DNA of 64,000 nt from an uncultured Rhodospirillaceae bacterium (GCA_913020445.1 CAJWAR010000002.1:20275-84274), one strand, 5' to 3'; counted from the stretch's first letter, positions 20,353 to 31,380 are shown. Numbers and translations are program-made. Notes: generated from the sequence alone by a model not told the origin.

Positions 20353-21270
20353 ATGTCAGCGCCTTACAGCTTTCCACCCTTGAATGGCCTGCGCGCCTTT
20401 GAAGCCGCCGCCAGGCATATGAGCTTTCAAAATGCCGCTGAGGAACTGCACGTTACGCCCGGCGCCATCAGCCAGCAGATCAAGAAACTGGAAGATATTC
20501 TCCAAGCCCCCTTGTTTCACCGCGACAGCCGCGCCGTCACTTTGACCGAAGCGGGCCGGTTGCTTCAGCCGGGCCTCAGTAGCGGTTTCGAAAGCCTTGA
20601 TGACGCCGTTCAACAGCTCAAACAAGCCGCCGAACATCAGCACATTACGATCAGCGTCACCCCCTCTTTTGCCGCCAAATGGCTGGTGCCGCGACTGGAA
20701 AAATGGACTACCCGATATCCGGATGTCGACATTAGAATTTCGGCCAGTCTTGGCCTGGCTAATTTCGGCCCGGATGGGGTTGATCTTGGGGTGCGCTTTG
20801 GCAGCGGCAATTACGACGGCCTCGCCTCTTCGCTATTGCTGAAGGAGTCCTTTGTTGTCGTCTGCAGCCCGATTTTCATTGATGGCAGCAAATCGATCGC
20901 CGCGCCGGAAGATCTGCGCAACCATACGCTGATCCATGTGGCGGCATCCGGCACCACGCCCGGTACCGACTGGCAGGAATGGCTGAAGACTGCGGGCATC
21001 GAAGACATTGATGCGTCGCGCGGCTTGGTATTCGATGATACTGCCGTCGCGATCTTAGCGGCGATTGGCGGCCAAGGGGTGTTATTGTCCCGTCGCGCCC
21101 TGGTTGAGGACGATATTGCCGCCGGCCGCCTCGCCCTGCCCTTCGATTTGGATTTGCCGCTCGAGTTCGCATGGCATATTGTCGCGCCGGAAGACAAATT
21201 GAAACGTCCCGAAGTCAGTGCTTTTAGCGACTGGCTGTTATCAGAAGCTCAAATTGAAGAGACCGAATAA
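20353..21270 (+). CDS. LysR family regulator, GcvA-like
   Basis: [45 protein letters not shown]. Confidence 0.93.
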   Translation: MSAPYSFPPLNGLRAFEAAARHMSFQNAAEELHVTPGAISQQIKKLEDILQAPLFHRDSRAVTLTEAGRLLQPGLSSGFESLDDAVQQLKQAAEHQHITISVTPSFAAKWLVPRLEKWTTRYPDVDIRISASLGLANFGPDGVDLGVRFGSGNYDGLASSLLLKESFVVVCSPIFIDGSKSIAAPEDLRNHTLIHVAASGTTPGTDWQEWLKTAGIEDIDASRGLVFDDTAVAILAAIGGQGVLLSRRALVEDDIAAGRLALPFDLDLPLEFAWHIVAPEDKLKRPEVSAFSDWLLSEAQIEETE

Positions 21271-21920
21271 TGCCGAAAGAAAAACAAGAAGAAACATGCC
21301 GCCTCTATCTCATTACACCGCCGAAATTTGATCCGGCTGTATTTAAAGACGAATTGGCGGCAGCCCTGGATGGCGGCGATGTCGCCTGCGTGCAATTGCG
21401 CCTTAAAGATGCCAGCAGAGACGCTATCTTAAAGGCCGCTGAAATTCTGATCCCGATCGCGCAAGACCGTGATGTCGCCTTTTTAATGAACGATGATCCG
21501 GAGCTCGCCAAAGCAAGCGGTTGTGACGGCGTGCATATCGGCCAAGAGGATGCCTCCTACGAAGACGCCCGGAACTTGCTCGGTGATGAGGCGATTGTCG
21601 GCGTGACCTGTCACGACTCCCGCCATCTCGCCATGGAGGCTGCCGAAAAGGGGGCTGACTATGTGGCGTTTGGGGCTTTTTTCCCGACCAATACGAAAGA
21701 CGCCAAAGCCCGTCCTGAGCCGGAAATACTCCAAGCCTGGTCGATGATGACCAATGTGCAGTCGGTCGCCATCGGCGGCATCACCCAGGATAATTGCGGG
21801 GTTTTGGTCGAGGCTGGCGCTAATTTCCTTGCTGTCGTCGCCGCCATTTGGGACTACACCGCCGGTCCCGCTGCGGCTGTCAAAGCGTTCAATGAAGCGA
21901 TTGCGGCAGCGAGCCAGTAG
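21270..21920 (+). CDS. thiE: Thiamine-phosphate synthase
   Basis: [38 protein letters not shown]. Confidence 0.92.
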   Translation: MPKEKQEETCRLYLITPPKFDPAVFKDELAAALDGGDVACVQLRLKDASRDAILKAAEILIPIAQDRDVAFLMNDDPELAKASGCDGVHIGQEDASYEDARNLLGDEAIVGVTCHDSRHLAMEAAEKGADYVAFGAFFPTNTKDAKARPEPEILQAWSMMTNVQSVAIGGITQDNCGVLVEAGANFLAVVAAIWDYTAGPAAAVKAFNEAIAAASQ

Positions 21921-22023
21921 ACCGATTTAACTCCCCCATTGCCATTGTTATTGCCCGGTGCTTCGCAACCTGATAGGTTCCGCGCCTTCAACGTGAAAAA
22001 CTCTAAAAACGACGGTTTAAGTC

Positions 22024-22593
22024 ATGAAAATCAACGGAAATGCCATTCGCCCCGGCAATGTTATCGAACATCAGGATCGCTTGTGGCGGGCGGTCAAAAT
22101 TCAGCACACCCAGCCCGGCAAGGGCGGCGCCTATCTGCAGGTCGAATTGAAAGATTTGCGCAGTGGCACCAAGCTCAATGAACGTTTTCGCTCGTCTGAA
22201 ACGGTTGAACAGGTGCGGCTGGAGCAAAAGCCGTTTCAATACCTCTATGCCGAAGGCGACATGCATACCTTTATGGACACCGAAACCTATGACCAGATTT
22301 CGCTCAACGCCGAGCTGATTGGTGAAGAGCGAGTGATCTATCTGCAGGATGGCATGGAAGTCATGATCGAGAGTTTTGAGGGTGAGGCAATCGGTTTGGA
22401 ATTGCCGAAACAAGTGACTTTGGCAGTCGTCGAAGCCGATGCTGTCGTTAAAGGCCAGACCGCAGCCTCCAGCGCCAAGCCAGCGCTCTTGGAAAACGGT
22501 ATTCGCACCACGGTGCCGCCGCACATTGAAACCGGCAACCGGGTCGTCGTCAGCACTGAAGACGGCGCCTATGTCGAGCGGGCCAAAGACTAA
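22024..22593 (+). CDS. efp: Elongation factor P
   Basis: PGKGGAY loop, [18 protein letters not shown]. Confidence 0.97.
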   Translation: MKINGNAIRPGNVIEHQDRLWRAVKIQHTQPGKGGAYLQVELKDLRSGTKLNERFRSSETVEQVRLEQKPFQYLYAEGDMHTFMDTETYDQISLNAELIGEERVIYLQDGMEVMIESFEGEAIGLELPKQVTLAVVEADAVVKGQTAASSAKPALLENGIRTTVPPHIETGNRVVVSTEDGAYVERAKD

Positions 22594-23406
22594 ATGGCAG
22601 CTCTTCAATCAGCCAACATTACGGTCATGATCAAGGCGGCCCGCAAGGCCTCCCGCAAGCTGAAACGCGATTACGGTGAAGTTGATCAGTTGCAGGTCTC
22701 CAGCAAAGGACCGGCTGATTTTGTCACCGCAGCCGACGTTCGCACCGAAGAAATGCTGCGTGATGAACTTGCTTATGCCCGCCCCGATTACGGTTTCTTG
22801 CTGGAAGAAGGTGGCGAGATTACCGGCGAAGATGCGAGCCGCCGCTGGATCATTGATCCGATCGACGGCACGACAAATTTTATCCACGGCATCCCCCATT
22901 TCGCCATGTCGATTGCGCTGGAAGAAAACGGCGAGATAACCGCCGGGGTTATTTATGAGCCGATCAACGAGCAGATGTTCTGGGCCGAAAAAGGCCAGGG
23001 CGCCTTTCTCAATGACCGGCGTATGCGGGTCTCTGGCCGAGCGCAGATGGACCAATCTATTTTTGCCACCGGCATTCCGTTTATGGGCCGGGGCGAACCC
23101 GGCGACCACGAGGCGTTCTTAAAACAAATGGGAGCGGTGATGGCAGTCTCTGCCGGCATTCGCCGCTTTGGCAGTGCAGCACTTGACTTAGCCTATGTCG
23201 CCGCCGGACGGTTTGACGGCTTTTGGGAAACCGGTCTTAAGCCTTGGGATATTGCAGCGGGCATTATTATGGTGCGGGAAGCCGGCGGCATGGTTACGGA
23301 GCTCGATGGCCGCGACCGTATGCTTGAAAGCGGCTCAATTCTGGCGGTTAATCCAAATTTACATCAAGAACTCGGCCAAATAATTAGAATGGCAGGAAAA
23401 AAGTAG
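22594..23406 (+). CDS. suhB: Inositol monophosphatase family protein SuhB
   Basis: DFVTAAD, WIIDPIDGTTNF.HG.PHF, RRFGSAALDLAYVA.GRFDGFWE, WDIAAG. Confidence 0.94.
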   Translation: MAALQSANITVMIKAARKASRKLKRDYGEVDQLQVSSKGPADFVTAADVRTEEMLRDELAYARPDYGFLLEEGGEITGEDASRRWIIDPIDGTTNFIHGIPHFAMSIALEENGEITAGVIYEPINEQMFWAEKGQGAFLNDRRMRVSGRAQMDQSIFATGIPFMGRGEPGDHEAFLKQMGAVMAVSAGIRRFGSAALDLAYVAAGRFDGFWETGLKPWDIAAGIIMVREAGGMVTELDGRDRMLESGSILAVNPNLHQELGQIIRMAGKK

Positions 23407-23605
23407 TCAATTCTTCACCATTTTGGCCATACTTTCGACACAAGATTTGATTACAGACTAACGCCCAAATGCTGCGGTATCGCCTGTTGTATCTCCGCCG
23501 CCGCTTGGGTATGTTGAAGCAACTAGGGAGTTGCTTCGAAGAAACTGCGTCAAATACGCTGTCGAGGTAAATATGCGCAAATTTGTATGAAGGGGGAAAC
23601 TCATC

Positions 23606-24532
23606 ATGTCGCGCCAGAAATTAACGGCTAGCCGTATCACCATTGTGATCCTTGCCGCGGTTGCAATATTTGGCCTCATTAGCCCGGCTCAGGCTCAGCT
23701 GCGGCCATGGGACGCCACCAACCAAGTGATGGTTGATTTGAGTGTCCTTGGTGACAATGGCGTCGGCCCAGCGCCTGCCGGCGGTTCAGTTATGCTGCCA
23801 AGCCTAACCGGCGATTTGCTTGACCCACCGGCGCGAACACCCAGGTCCCGCTTGCTGGTCAAACGCCCCCCCGTAACCGGCGCTCGAGCAGTTGAAGATC
23901 TACCGAAAGTCACGCTGAAGCGCCCGGGTAAAGCTGCCAAAAAACGCCGCATCGTCCGCCGCAAATCGAAGAAGCCCCGTTCCCGTGCACCAAAAGTAGC
24001 TGCCTTAAAAGCACCGCCGCCAAAACCAAGTGTTAAAGCTACAAAACCGGCAAAAAAATTGGCGCCAGCGCCGAAAGCCCAGCCTAAACCACCGGTTGTT
24101 GCTAAAGCCGCACCGCCGCCACCGCCAAAAGTCAAAGCACCTGCACCAGTTGAGAAAAAGCAGCCGGCACCGCAGCCGAAACAAACCGAAACCGCGTCTC
24201 GACCGGGCCCAGCACCCGCAGCTGGCATTAGTCAGCTGATTTTTACCCAAGGCGCGACCAAGCTCAATCCGGCGGCACAAAAGTCTCTAGATGCTTTGGC
24301 GGCGAAACTTAATGCCCAACCGCAATCCCGGATGCAACTATTGGCCTATGCCGGCGAAGGTAATCTTTCGGCAAGTAAAGCGCGGCGGCTGTCGCTTTCG
24401 AGGGCTTTGTCAGTGCGCTCATATTTGATTAAAAAAGGCGTACGCAGCACCCGCATTGATGTGCGGGCACTTGGCAATAAAGTCCCTTCGGGCGTGCCCA
24501 ACCGCGTCGATCTTAAGATTGTCGGGAAATAG
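23606..24532 (+). CDS. Secreted protein with Pro/Lys-rich linker and C-terminal OmpA-like domain
   Basis: Signal peptide (AQA); ARRLSLSRALSVRSYL..GV...IDVRALG...NRVD. Confidence 0.85.
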   Translation: MSRQKLTASRITIVILAAVAIFGLISPAQAQLRPWDATNQVMVDLSVLGDNGVGPAPAGGSVMLPSLTGDLLDPPARTPRSRLLVKRPPVTGARAVEDLPKVTLKRPGKAAKKRRIVRRKSKKPRSRAPKVAALKAPPPKPSVKATKPAKKLAPAPKAQPKPPVVAKAAPPPPPKVKAPAPVEKKQPAPQPKQTETASRPGPAPAAGISQLIFTQGATKLNPAAQKSLDALAAKLNAQPQSRMQLLAYAGEGNLSASKARRLSLSRALSVRSYLIKKGVRSTRIDVRALGNKVPSGVPNRVDLKIVGK

Positions 24533-24602
24533 TTAGTTAGGAGTGATTTACCCTGCAGGCCTCTCATCAAATCCAATTTAGACTATTAAACGGGGCTCAG
24601 CT

Positions 24603-25736
24603 ATGACATCACCCCAACGTTTTGTCATCCGCATGGTATTGTTCGTGCTGGCCGTGGCTTTGGTCTGCTTTTTCCTATTCCTGCCGCTGCAAAAAGCCTT
24701 CGCCGCGAATGTCGGTCTTAATGGCTTGATTGTCAGCGTGCTGGTATTGGGGATCCTCTATAATTTTCGGCAAGTCCTGATGCTCTATCCTGAAGTTGCC
24801 TGGATCGAACGCTATCGCAAATCTTCTGACGCAGTTACTTCAATCAAGCCGCCCAAATTATTGTCCCCAATGGCAACCATGCTGGGCGAACGAAAGGACA
24901 GCCTCAGCCTGTCGACATTGTCGATGCGCTCATTATTGGATGGTATTGCCTCACGCCTCGACGAATCGCGGGATCTATCACGCTACACAATCGGCCTGCT
25001 GATATTCTTAGGTTTGCTCGGCACATTCTGGGGATTGCTCGAAACAGTTGGCTCTATCAAAGGCGTAATTGACAATCTCTCGATCAACGGCGGTGATTTT
25101 ACCGCGGTGTTCAGTAATTTGAAATCCGGACTGGCCGCCCCGCTATCCGGCATGGGCACGGCCTTTTCTTCATCTTTGTTTGGCTTGGCGGGCTCCTTGG
25201 TGTTGGGTTTTCTTGATTTACAGGCCAGCCAATCGCAAAATCGCTTTTACAATGATCTGGAAGAATGGTTGTCGAGCCTAACCCGGTTGTCATCCGGCGC
25301 GTTGACCGGCGATGGCGATCATTCGGTGCCGGCTTATGTGCAGGCGCTGCTGGAACAAACTGCGGAAAGCCTCGAAAATTTACAACGGACCCTCGCCCGT
25401 GGCGCCGAAAGCAATATTCAAAGCAATAACAATCTAACGCGCCTGACCGAAAGTCTGTCGACACTCGGCGATCAAATGCGGGCCGAGCAAAATCTGCTGA
25501 TTAAGCTTACCGAAAGCCAGTCCGATCTGCGCGCGACCTTGGAGCGACTGGCAACTGCGAATGTGGGTGGCGGTATGGATGAGGCAACCCAAACCCATGT
25601 CCGCAACATTGACGTCTATATGGCGCGCTTGCTTGAAGAATTGGCTGCTGGTCGCGATGACGTCGTCCACCAGCTACGTAGTGAGATTAAACTTCTCGCC
25701 CGCACCATAGCGGCCGCCCAAGAAACCAACAGATAG
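24603..25736 (+). CDS. MotA/TolQ/ExbB-like membrane protein with long C-terminal helical tail
   Basis: LIFLGLLGTFWGL and GMGTAFSSSLFGL channel helices; ~170-aa coiled-coil tail. Confidence 0.85.
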   Translation: MTSPQRFVIRMVLFVLAVALVCFFLFLPLQKAFAANVGLNGLIVSVLVLGILYNFRQVLMLYPEVAWIERYRKSSDAVTSIKPPKLLSPMATMLGERKDSLSLSTLSMRSLLDGIASRLDESRDLSRYTIGLLIFLGLLGTFWGLLETVGSIKGVIDNLSINGGDFTAVFSNLKSGLAAPLSGMGTAFSSSLFGLAGSLVLGFLDLQASQSQNRFYNDLEEWLSSLTRLSSGALTGDGDHSVPAYVQALLEQTAESLENLQRTLARGAESNIQSNNNLTRLTESLSTLGDQMRAEQNLLIKLTESQSDLRATLERLATANVGGGMDEATQTHVRNIDVYMARLLEELAAGRDDVVHQLRSEIKLLARTIAAAQETNR

Positions 25737-25747
25737 GATAATCGGCG

Positions 25748-26941
25748 ATGGCCGCGCTTTCCCGCCGCAACCAACACCGCACCGATATTTGGCCGGGCTT
25801 TGTCGACGCGCTGGCGACGTTATTGATGGTCATCATCTTTCTGTTGATGATTTTTGTTATTGCTCAATTTTTCTTGAGTGAAGCCCTTACCGGACGTGAT
25901 CAGGCGCTCGACCGGCTACGCAGCCAAGTAACCGAGCTTGCTGATCTGCTGAATTTGGAGCGCAAAGCCAATGAAACATTGCGCGGCAATATCGCCCAAT
26001 TGTCAGATGAGTTATCCGCTTCCGTCACGCTACGAGATGATCAGAAACAGCAAATTCAAGCCCTGATGCTGCGTGCGGAAACAGCAGAAAACCAAGCAAA
26101 TAGACTTAAGAGCGAGCTCGCCTCGGCGATGAAAAGTGTTGCCGACGATCAGCAAAAAATCAAACAGCAACTCAGCCAGCTTGCTGCCCTCTCTGATGAC
26201 ATCGAAAAATTGAAAGCGCTACGCGAAGAGCTGGAGGCCAAAGTTAAAACCCAACTGACCGCGTTAGCGTCAAAGGATGAAGCCATCATCACCGAGAAAA
26301 AACTTTCGGAAACGGCGCGCGCCGAGGTTGCTCTGTTGAATAAGCAATTGCGCGTGATACGCCAGCAGATTGCGCAAATCGCCGCAACCTTGGATGCCTC
26401 AGAGGCGTTGGCTAAAAAACAACGTGTCCGGATCGCCAATCTCGGCAAGCGGCTCAATGCCGCACTCGCCAGCAAAGTTCAGGAACTGTCCCGTTATCGT
26501 TCGGAATTTTTTGGCAAGTTGCGCGAAGTGTTGGGTAATCAAAAAGGTATTCGTATTGTGGGTGATCGCTTCGTTTTCCAATCAGAGGTACTTTTTACCA
26601 CTGGCTCCGCTGATCTTGGCGGAGAGGGCAAAACTCAAATCACTCAGCTGGCCGGAACTTTGAAGGAAATCATCAAAAAAATTCCGCCCAAAATTGAGTG
26701 GGTTCTGAGGGTCGACGGCCACACTGACCGCGTCCCAATTCAGACATCACGGTTCCCATCAAATTGGGAACTATCGACAGCACGCGCCATATCGGTAGTA
26801 AAATTTCTGGTTGGTCAGGGCATATCGCCAACCAATCTTGCGGCCACGGGATTTGGCGAATTTCAGCCGATCGATCCCCGTGACGATGAAATTGCCAATC
26901 GCCGTAACCGCCGGATTGAGCTGAAGCTCACTCAACGGTAA
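25748..26941 (+). CDS. MotB-like protein: TM with conserved Asp, coiled coil, OmpA peptidoglycan-binding domain
   Basis: WPGFVDAL TM; VDGHTD, SNWELSTARA, GFGEFQP, NRRIEL. Confidence 0.88.
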   Translation: MAALSRRNQHRTDIWPGFVDALATLLMVIIFLLMIFVIAQFFLSEALTGRDQALDRLRSQVTELADLLNLERKANETLRGNIAQLSDELSASVTLRDDQKQQIQALMLRAETAENQANRLKSELASAMKSVADDQQKIKQQLSQLAALSDDIEKLKALREELEAKVKTQLTALASKDEAIITEKKLSETARAEVALLNKQLRVIRQQIAQIAATLDASEALAKKQRVRIANLGKRLNAALASKVQELSRYRSEFFGKLREVLGNQKGIRIVGDRFVFQSEVLFTTGSADLGGEGKTQITQLAGTLKEIIKKIPPKIEWVLRVDGHTDRVPIQTSRFPSNWELSTARAISVVKFLVGQGISPTNLAATGFGEFQPIDPRDDEIANRRNRRIELKLTQR

Positions 26942-26966
26942 AGCCACATTGGGATAAAAATGGGCG

Positions 26967-27674
26967 ATGATCGACAGCGAACAAGTTCCATTTTACATGT
27001 TTCTTCACATCCCCAAAACAGCTGGTACGACGCTACGCAGCATTGTTGATCAGAATCTTGGTGCTGAAAACGTTCTCACTTATTACAATCAGAACTCACG
27101 GCAACTCCTGGACAATTTGGATGCCCACCTCAAGTTCAAGCCGAATTATCGGGCCATCATTGGCCATTTTAAATTTGGCCTCCATCAACTCATAGATCGG
27201 CCTTCAACCTATATAACTTTTCTTCGCCATCCAGTAGCGCGGACAATTTCACAGTATAAAGAACACTACGTAAATCATCGCTACCATTTGGAGGATGCCG
27301 ACGGCAATATTCTCAGCTTAGCCGGCAGTGTTAAGAATAATCCAAGTCTGTACGCAAACTATCAAACCGGCTTTCTAATCGGTGATGAGGTTTCCGATCT
27401 AAGCGATGTTGCAAACGCGGAACTTGCCCTAAAAAACTTGGATTCATGTTTCGCTGTCGTTGGCTTGGTCGAGTATTTTGACCAGTCATTGGCCCTAATG
27501 AGCAATCTACTCAAATGGCAAGTTGATGAAATTCAACAGCTCAACGTCAAAGATATTGAAGTTGAAGTTACGCCCGACCTGATCGAAGAGATCGAAGCCA
27601 TCAATAGCAGTGATTTAATTATCTACGAAGCGATAAAATCGAAACTGCTGGAAGAGTTCGAAATTACGCCTTAA
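26967..27674 (+). CDS. Sulfotransferase family protein
   Basis: 5'-PSB FLHIPKTAGTT and 3'-PB LRHPVARTISQY motifs. Confidence 0.85.
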   Translation: MIDSEQVPFYMFLHIPKTAGTTLRSIVDQNLGAENVLTYYNQNSRQLLDNLDAHLKFKPNYRAIIGHFKFGLHQLIDRPSTYITFLRHPVARTISQYKEHYVNHRYHLEDADGNILSLAGSVKNNPSLYANYQTGFLIGDEVSDLSDVANAELALKNLDSCFAVVGLVEYFDQSLALMSNLLKWQVDEIQQLNVKDIEVEVTPDLIEEIEAINSSDLIIYEAIKSKLLEEFEITP

Positions 27675-27769
27675 GTGCGCAGGAAAATTAGAAAGTTTAA
27701 CGCTTGTTTGTTGGACTTGGGCTGGTTATTAGCTTACTTCCCCTATCCGCCGAGGAATGCACACGTTTT

Positions 27770-28948
27770 ATGTTCATCATTTTTATTATTGTTTTCATTA
27801 ACCTCGTCGGCTTCGGCATCGTCATACCACTGCTGCCGTTTTATGGTGAGCATTTTGGCGCGTCGCCGGATGAAGTCACCTGGTTAATGGCAATCTACTC
27901 GTTTACTCAGTTTATTACCGCACCGATCTGGGGGCGCTATAGCGACCGCTTTGGCCGCCGTCCCATTTTGCTGATTAGTTTAGCCGGCACCGTGGCTGCT
28001 TATGTGTGGCTGGCTCTCGCTGAGGATTTGCAGACACTCTATTGGGCACGGGCACTTGCCGGCGCGACTGCCGGCAGCATCTCCGCAGCGTTTGCCTATA
28101 TGGCAGACATCACAACAGATGAGAATCGCGCGAAAGGTATGGGATTGCTGGGCGCTGCATTCGGGCTTGGCTTCATCGCCGGCCCGGCAATTGGCGGCTT
28201 GCTGGCGGGCAGTGATCCGGCAACGACGAATTATCAAATGCCATCTTATGTCGCCGCAGGTTTTTCGGGCGCGGCATTACTGGCCGCGCTTTTTATCTTA
28301 AAAGAATCGCTATCCGATGAACTAAAAGCCAAAATTGCCGGCCGGACTTCAGGTGAAAGGTGGACGCTTTTTGTCTATACGATGAAGCTGCCGACCGTTC
28401 GTCTGACGATTATATTGACCTTTGTATCAATTTTCGCCTTCGCCGGTCTGGAAGCGACTTTTGCCATGTGGTCCGAGCGAGAGTTCGGCTGGGGGGTTGA
28501 GCAAAACGGTTATATTTTTGCCTTCATCGGAATCATTAGCGCCGTTATTCAAGGTACTTTAATCGCCCCGCTATCGCGTCGCTTGGGTGAGATCGGCATG
28601 GTCAGACAGGGCTTCCTGGCGCTCGGTATCGGCCTGGCAGCCCTGCCCTTCGCTGAAAACCTGCCGCTGCTGTTGTTTACCTTGGTTATCATCGCCTACG
28701 GCTTCAGCATATCGTCACCGGCACTAAATAGTTTGCTGTCACTAAACATACCTGCTGAACAGCAAGGAGGCATTTTGGGGATCGGCAGATCCGCTTCGAC
28801 ATTGGCGCGGGCACTAGGCCCGGCAGGTGCGGGCTATCTGTTTGCCCTGATCGGCCGAGATTGGCCCTTTTACGTTGGCGCATTGCTTATGTTTGTCGTG
28901 TTGATAATGGCTTTGAAATTTGAGACGGCACCAAAACAAGCCGAATAA
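27770..28948 (+). CDS. MFS transporter, TetA/DHA1-like
   Basis: GFGIVIPLLP, motif A GRYSDRFGRRP, GLGFIAGPAIGG; highly hydrophobic. Confidence 0.92.
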   Translation: MFIIFIIVFINLVGFGIVIPLLPFYGEHFGASPDEVTWLMAIYSFTQFITAPIWGRYSDRFGRRPILLISLAGTVAAYVWLALAEDLQTLYWARALAGATAGSISAAFAYMADITTDENRAKGMGLLGAAFGLGFIAGPAIGGLLAGSDPATTNYQMPSYVAAGFSGAALLAALFILKESLSDELKAKIAGRTSGERWTLFVYTMKLPTVRLTIILTFVSIFAFAGLEATFAMWSEREFGWGVEQNGYIFAFIGIISAVIQGTLIAPLSRRLGEIGMVRQGFLALGIGLAALPFAENLPLLLFTLVIIAYGFSISSPALNSLLSLNIPAEQQGGILGIGRSASTLARALGPAGAGYLFALIGRDWPFYVGALLMFVVLIMALKFETAPKQAE

Positions 28949-29043
28949 AAAGGCGTGAGTATTATAGAAAAAATGTATTTCCGGACTTGCGCTTTGAAGA
29001 CAGTTTCGCTATATAGTGCGCCACATTCCGTGGAGCTTTGGAA

Positions 29044-29268
29044 ATGAAAAAAGAAATTCACCCAGAATATCATGAGATCACTGTCGCGATGACAGATGGC
29101 ACCACCTTTACGACGCGTTCGACCTGGGGCGCTGAAGGTGACACCATGAAACTTGATATTGATCCTAAATCCCACCCCGCGTGGACCGGCGAGCATCGTC
29201 TGGTTGATAGCGGCGGCCAAGTTGCTAAATTTAACAAGCGCTTTCAGGGTATTGGGCTTAAAAACTAG
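29044..29268 (+). CDS. rpmE: 50S ribosomal protein L31 (Cys-free type)
   Basis: [10 protein letters not shown]...[13 protein letters not shown]...KFNKRF. Confidence 0.96.
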   Translation: MKKEIHPEYHEITVAMTDGTTFTTRSTWGAEGDTMKLDIDPKSHPAWTGEHRLVDSGGQVAKFNKRFQGIGLKN

Positions 29269-29300
29269 ATATCAATCAATTAATTTTGATTGCTTGCCTT

Positions 29301-29330
29301 AAGCGTCACCAGGTTTTGGTGGCGTTTTTT
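29301..29330 (+). terminator. Rho-independent terminator of rpmE
   Basis: GCGTCACCA-GGTT-TTGGTGGCGT hairpin (with G-U pairs) followed by a T-run. Confidence 0.7.
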
Positions 29331-29575
29331 GGTATTTACACCTTTTTGGCTTAAATACGAGTGTGGCTTTAGTACTTTTTCAATTTTAGCGTGATAACCA
29401 CTTCATTGATTCAATAAATTGTTAATGGAATCACTGTTAGAACTACCACTGTGTTTGAATTAAAAAGCCAAAGTGTCTATTTTACAGGCGCTACGCAAGA
29501 AAATGAGTATGATTCAGATAGTACAATCGAACAAAAGTGATACCATCAGTCAGGAAAGAATCCTGGGAGCTAAAC

Positions 29576-31330
29576 GTGTCAGAACGAACACATAGTTACG
29601 AAATATATGTCCACCAGAAAGGTCGATGGGAACTTCATGCGCGACACGCCTTGAACAAGCGTGACGCCGCGCTTGAAGAAGCAAAATCTCTGAAAAATAT
29701 TCCGTCTATTCAAGAAGTTAAAGTCGTCCATGACGTGTTCGATACCAATCGAGGAAAAAGCAACGAAAGTGTCATTTATCGCTCCAATGAAAGCAGTTCG
29801 GCAGCTTCCTCACCAGCAAATGACGATCGCAATATTAGGCGCCACGACGATGACGACGGCGAGTATGACGATATTGATGATGAACCGCAGCCCGTCAGTT
29901 TAGGCGCCGCGGCGAGCCCTCGGAGAAAGCCAATTCAGCGAACCACGCGCAAAGTTAAAACGGGTGTTTTTACCAAACTGCTTTTACTGGCCCTTGCCAG
30001 TTTTATCATCGCCGGCATGATAACTTGGGTTATCGCTTTGGCGATTGAAGAATTACCCGAACTTAAAGGCTGGATCGGTCGCTCCAACTATGACGACATT
30101 CTATTTCTGATTTTTATTATCGGATTTTTACTCAGTATTTCAACTTCGGCTTTTGCCTTTTTGACAAAAGAAGAGCTTGCTGGCGAAGTCCATGTCAAAG
30201 AGATGGAGGACAGCGAACAAAGAAAGTGGGCTCGAGCGATGGCGCCGCCCAAATTAACCCCCAAACAAAGGCGCGCCTTGGAACGAGCTAACGCCAGACG
30301 ACTTGAAGAAGCGAATGCCGAATTTTTTGATGGCGACGAGAATGAAGGAGGGGCTGATAACCTCGACGATGTCCTGGCCGCCTCAGAAGGGGGCGAGGCT
30401 CCTCCAGAAGATGTCAAACTAACCATCGGGGCCGAAAAACAAAAAGTAAATGTCATGACCTTTCTCAGCAAAGGTTTGGAATCCGTCATGGCAACTCGGC
30501 CAAAATTGGATTCATTTAATAAGTTTGGCGTTAATTTGTATTTGGCAGGTGCCTGTGAAACTGTCGGCATTGAGGAGAATTTGAATGACGACGAAATCCG
30601 CCAAATTCTGATCGACAGCGTTGGTGTTTTAGGCACCAAGCCGGAACAGGCCATTATGTTTGCCGAAAAGTATGACGAATACCTGATGAACCCAAAATAT
30701 CTCGGCATGATCGAAAATGGCCGCTCCGCGATGAACGCTCAGGTCAACGGTGATCCTGACGCCGCCCAAAAACTTGATAAAGCCATGGATTAGTGGAACA
30801 GCAAGAAAGTCGAAGATGAAACTTCTGTCGGTACTATTGCTGTGATGTTTACCGACATTGTCGGTTCAACTGATATGACGCAGACGCACGGTGATGCGGC
30901 GGCCCAGGAAGTTGTCAGAACTCACAATCGCATTGTCCGCAATGCCCTGACGACGTATCAGGGGCGTGAGGTAAAACATACCGGTGACGGTATTATGGCG
31001 TCTTTTAATAACACCGCCAACGGCGTCTCAGCGGCCATCTATATTCAGCAAAAAACGGCTGAAAATAACTCTTCAAACCCCGACGTACTGCTGGGTATTA
31101 AAATTGGTATTAATGCCGGCGAACCGATTGTTGAAGACGATGATTTATTTGGCACTACCGTGCAGTTATCTGCCCGCATTGTCGACAAAGCGGGCGACAA
31201 AGAAATCTTTGTATCTGAAATTGTTAAAGGTATTTGCCTTGGTAAAGACTTCAATTTTGAGTCTCGCGGCGCCCGTGAAATGAAGGGCTTCAAGGATCCG
31301 ATTACACTTTACGAAGTTTTGTGGCAGTAG
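29576..31330 (+). pseudogene. Membrane-anchored class III adenylate/guanylate cyclase interrupted by one in-frame TAG (30791-30793)
   Basis: ORFs 29537..30793 and 30842..31330 are in the same frame and read LDKAMD*WNSKK...IAVMFTDIVGST; cyclase motifs VKHTGDG, DLFG.TV..SARI, KGF. GTG start after GGGAG. Confidence 0.75.
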
Positions 31331-31380
31331 ACGTGTAAAAGTCCAGCCATTCTATCTGGCAATGCCCATTCATATAAAAC

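Noticed and set aside
24603..26941. Zorya anti-phage system
   Set aside because: No ZorC/D/E-like helicase or nuclease adjacent, and the context is housekeeping. Kept only as an architectural analogy.
30791..30793. Genome-wide amber recoding or pyrrolysine as the explanation for in-frame TAGs (also at 60268-60270)
   Set aside because: TAG ends conserved genes in this window normally (e.g. tolB, cpoB, rpmE, rpsU), no pyl genes are seen, and the second case is in an obviously decayed gene.
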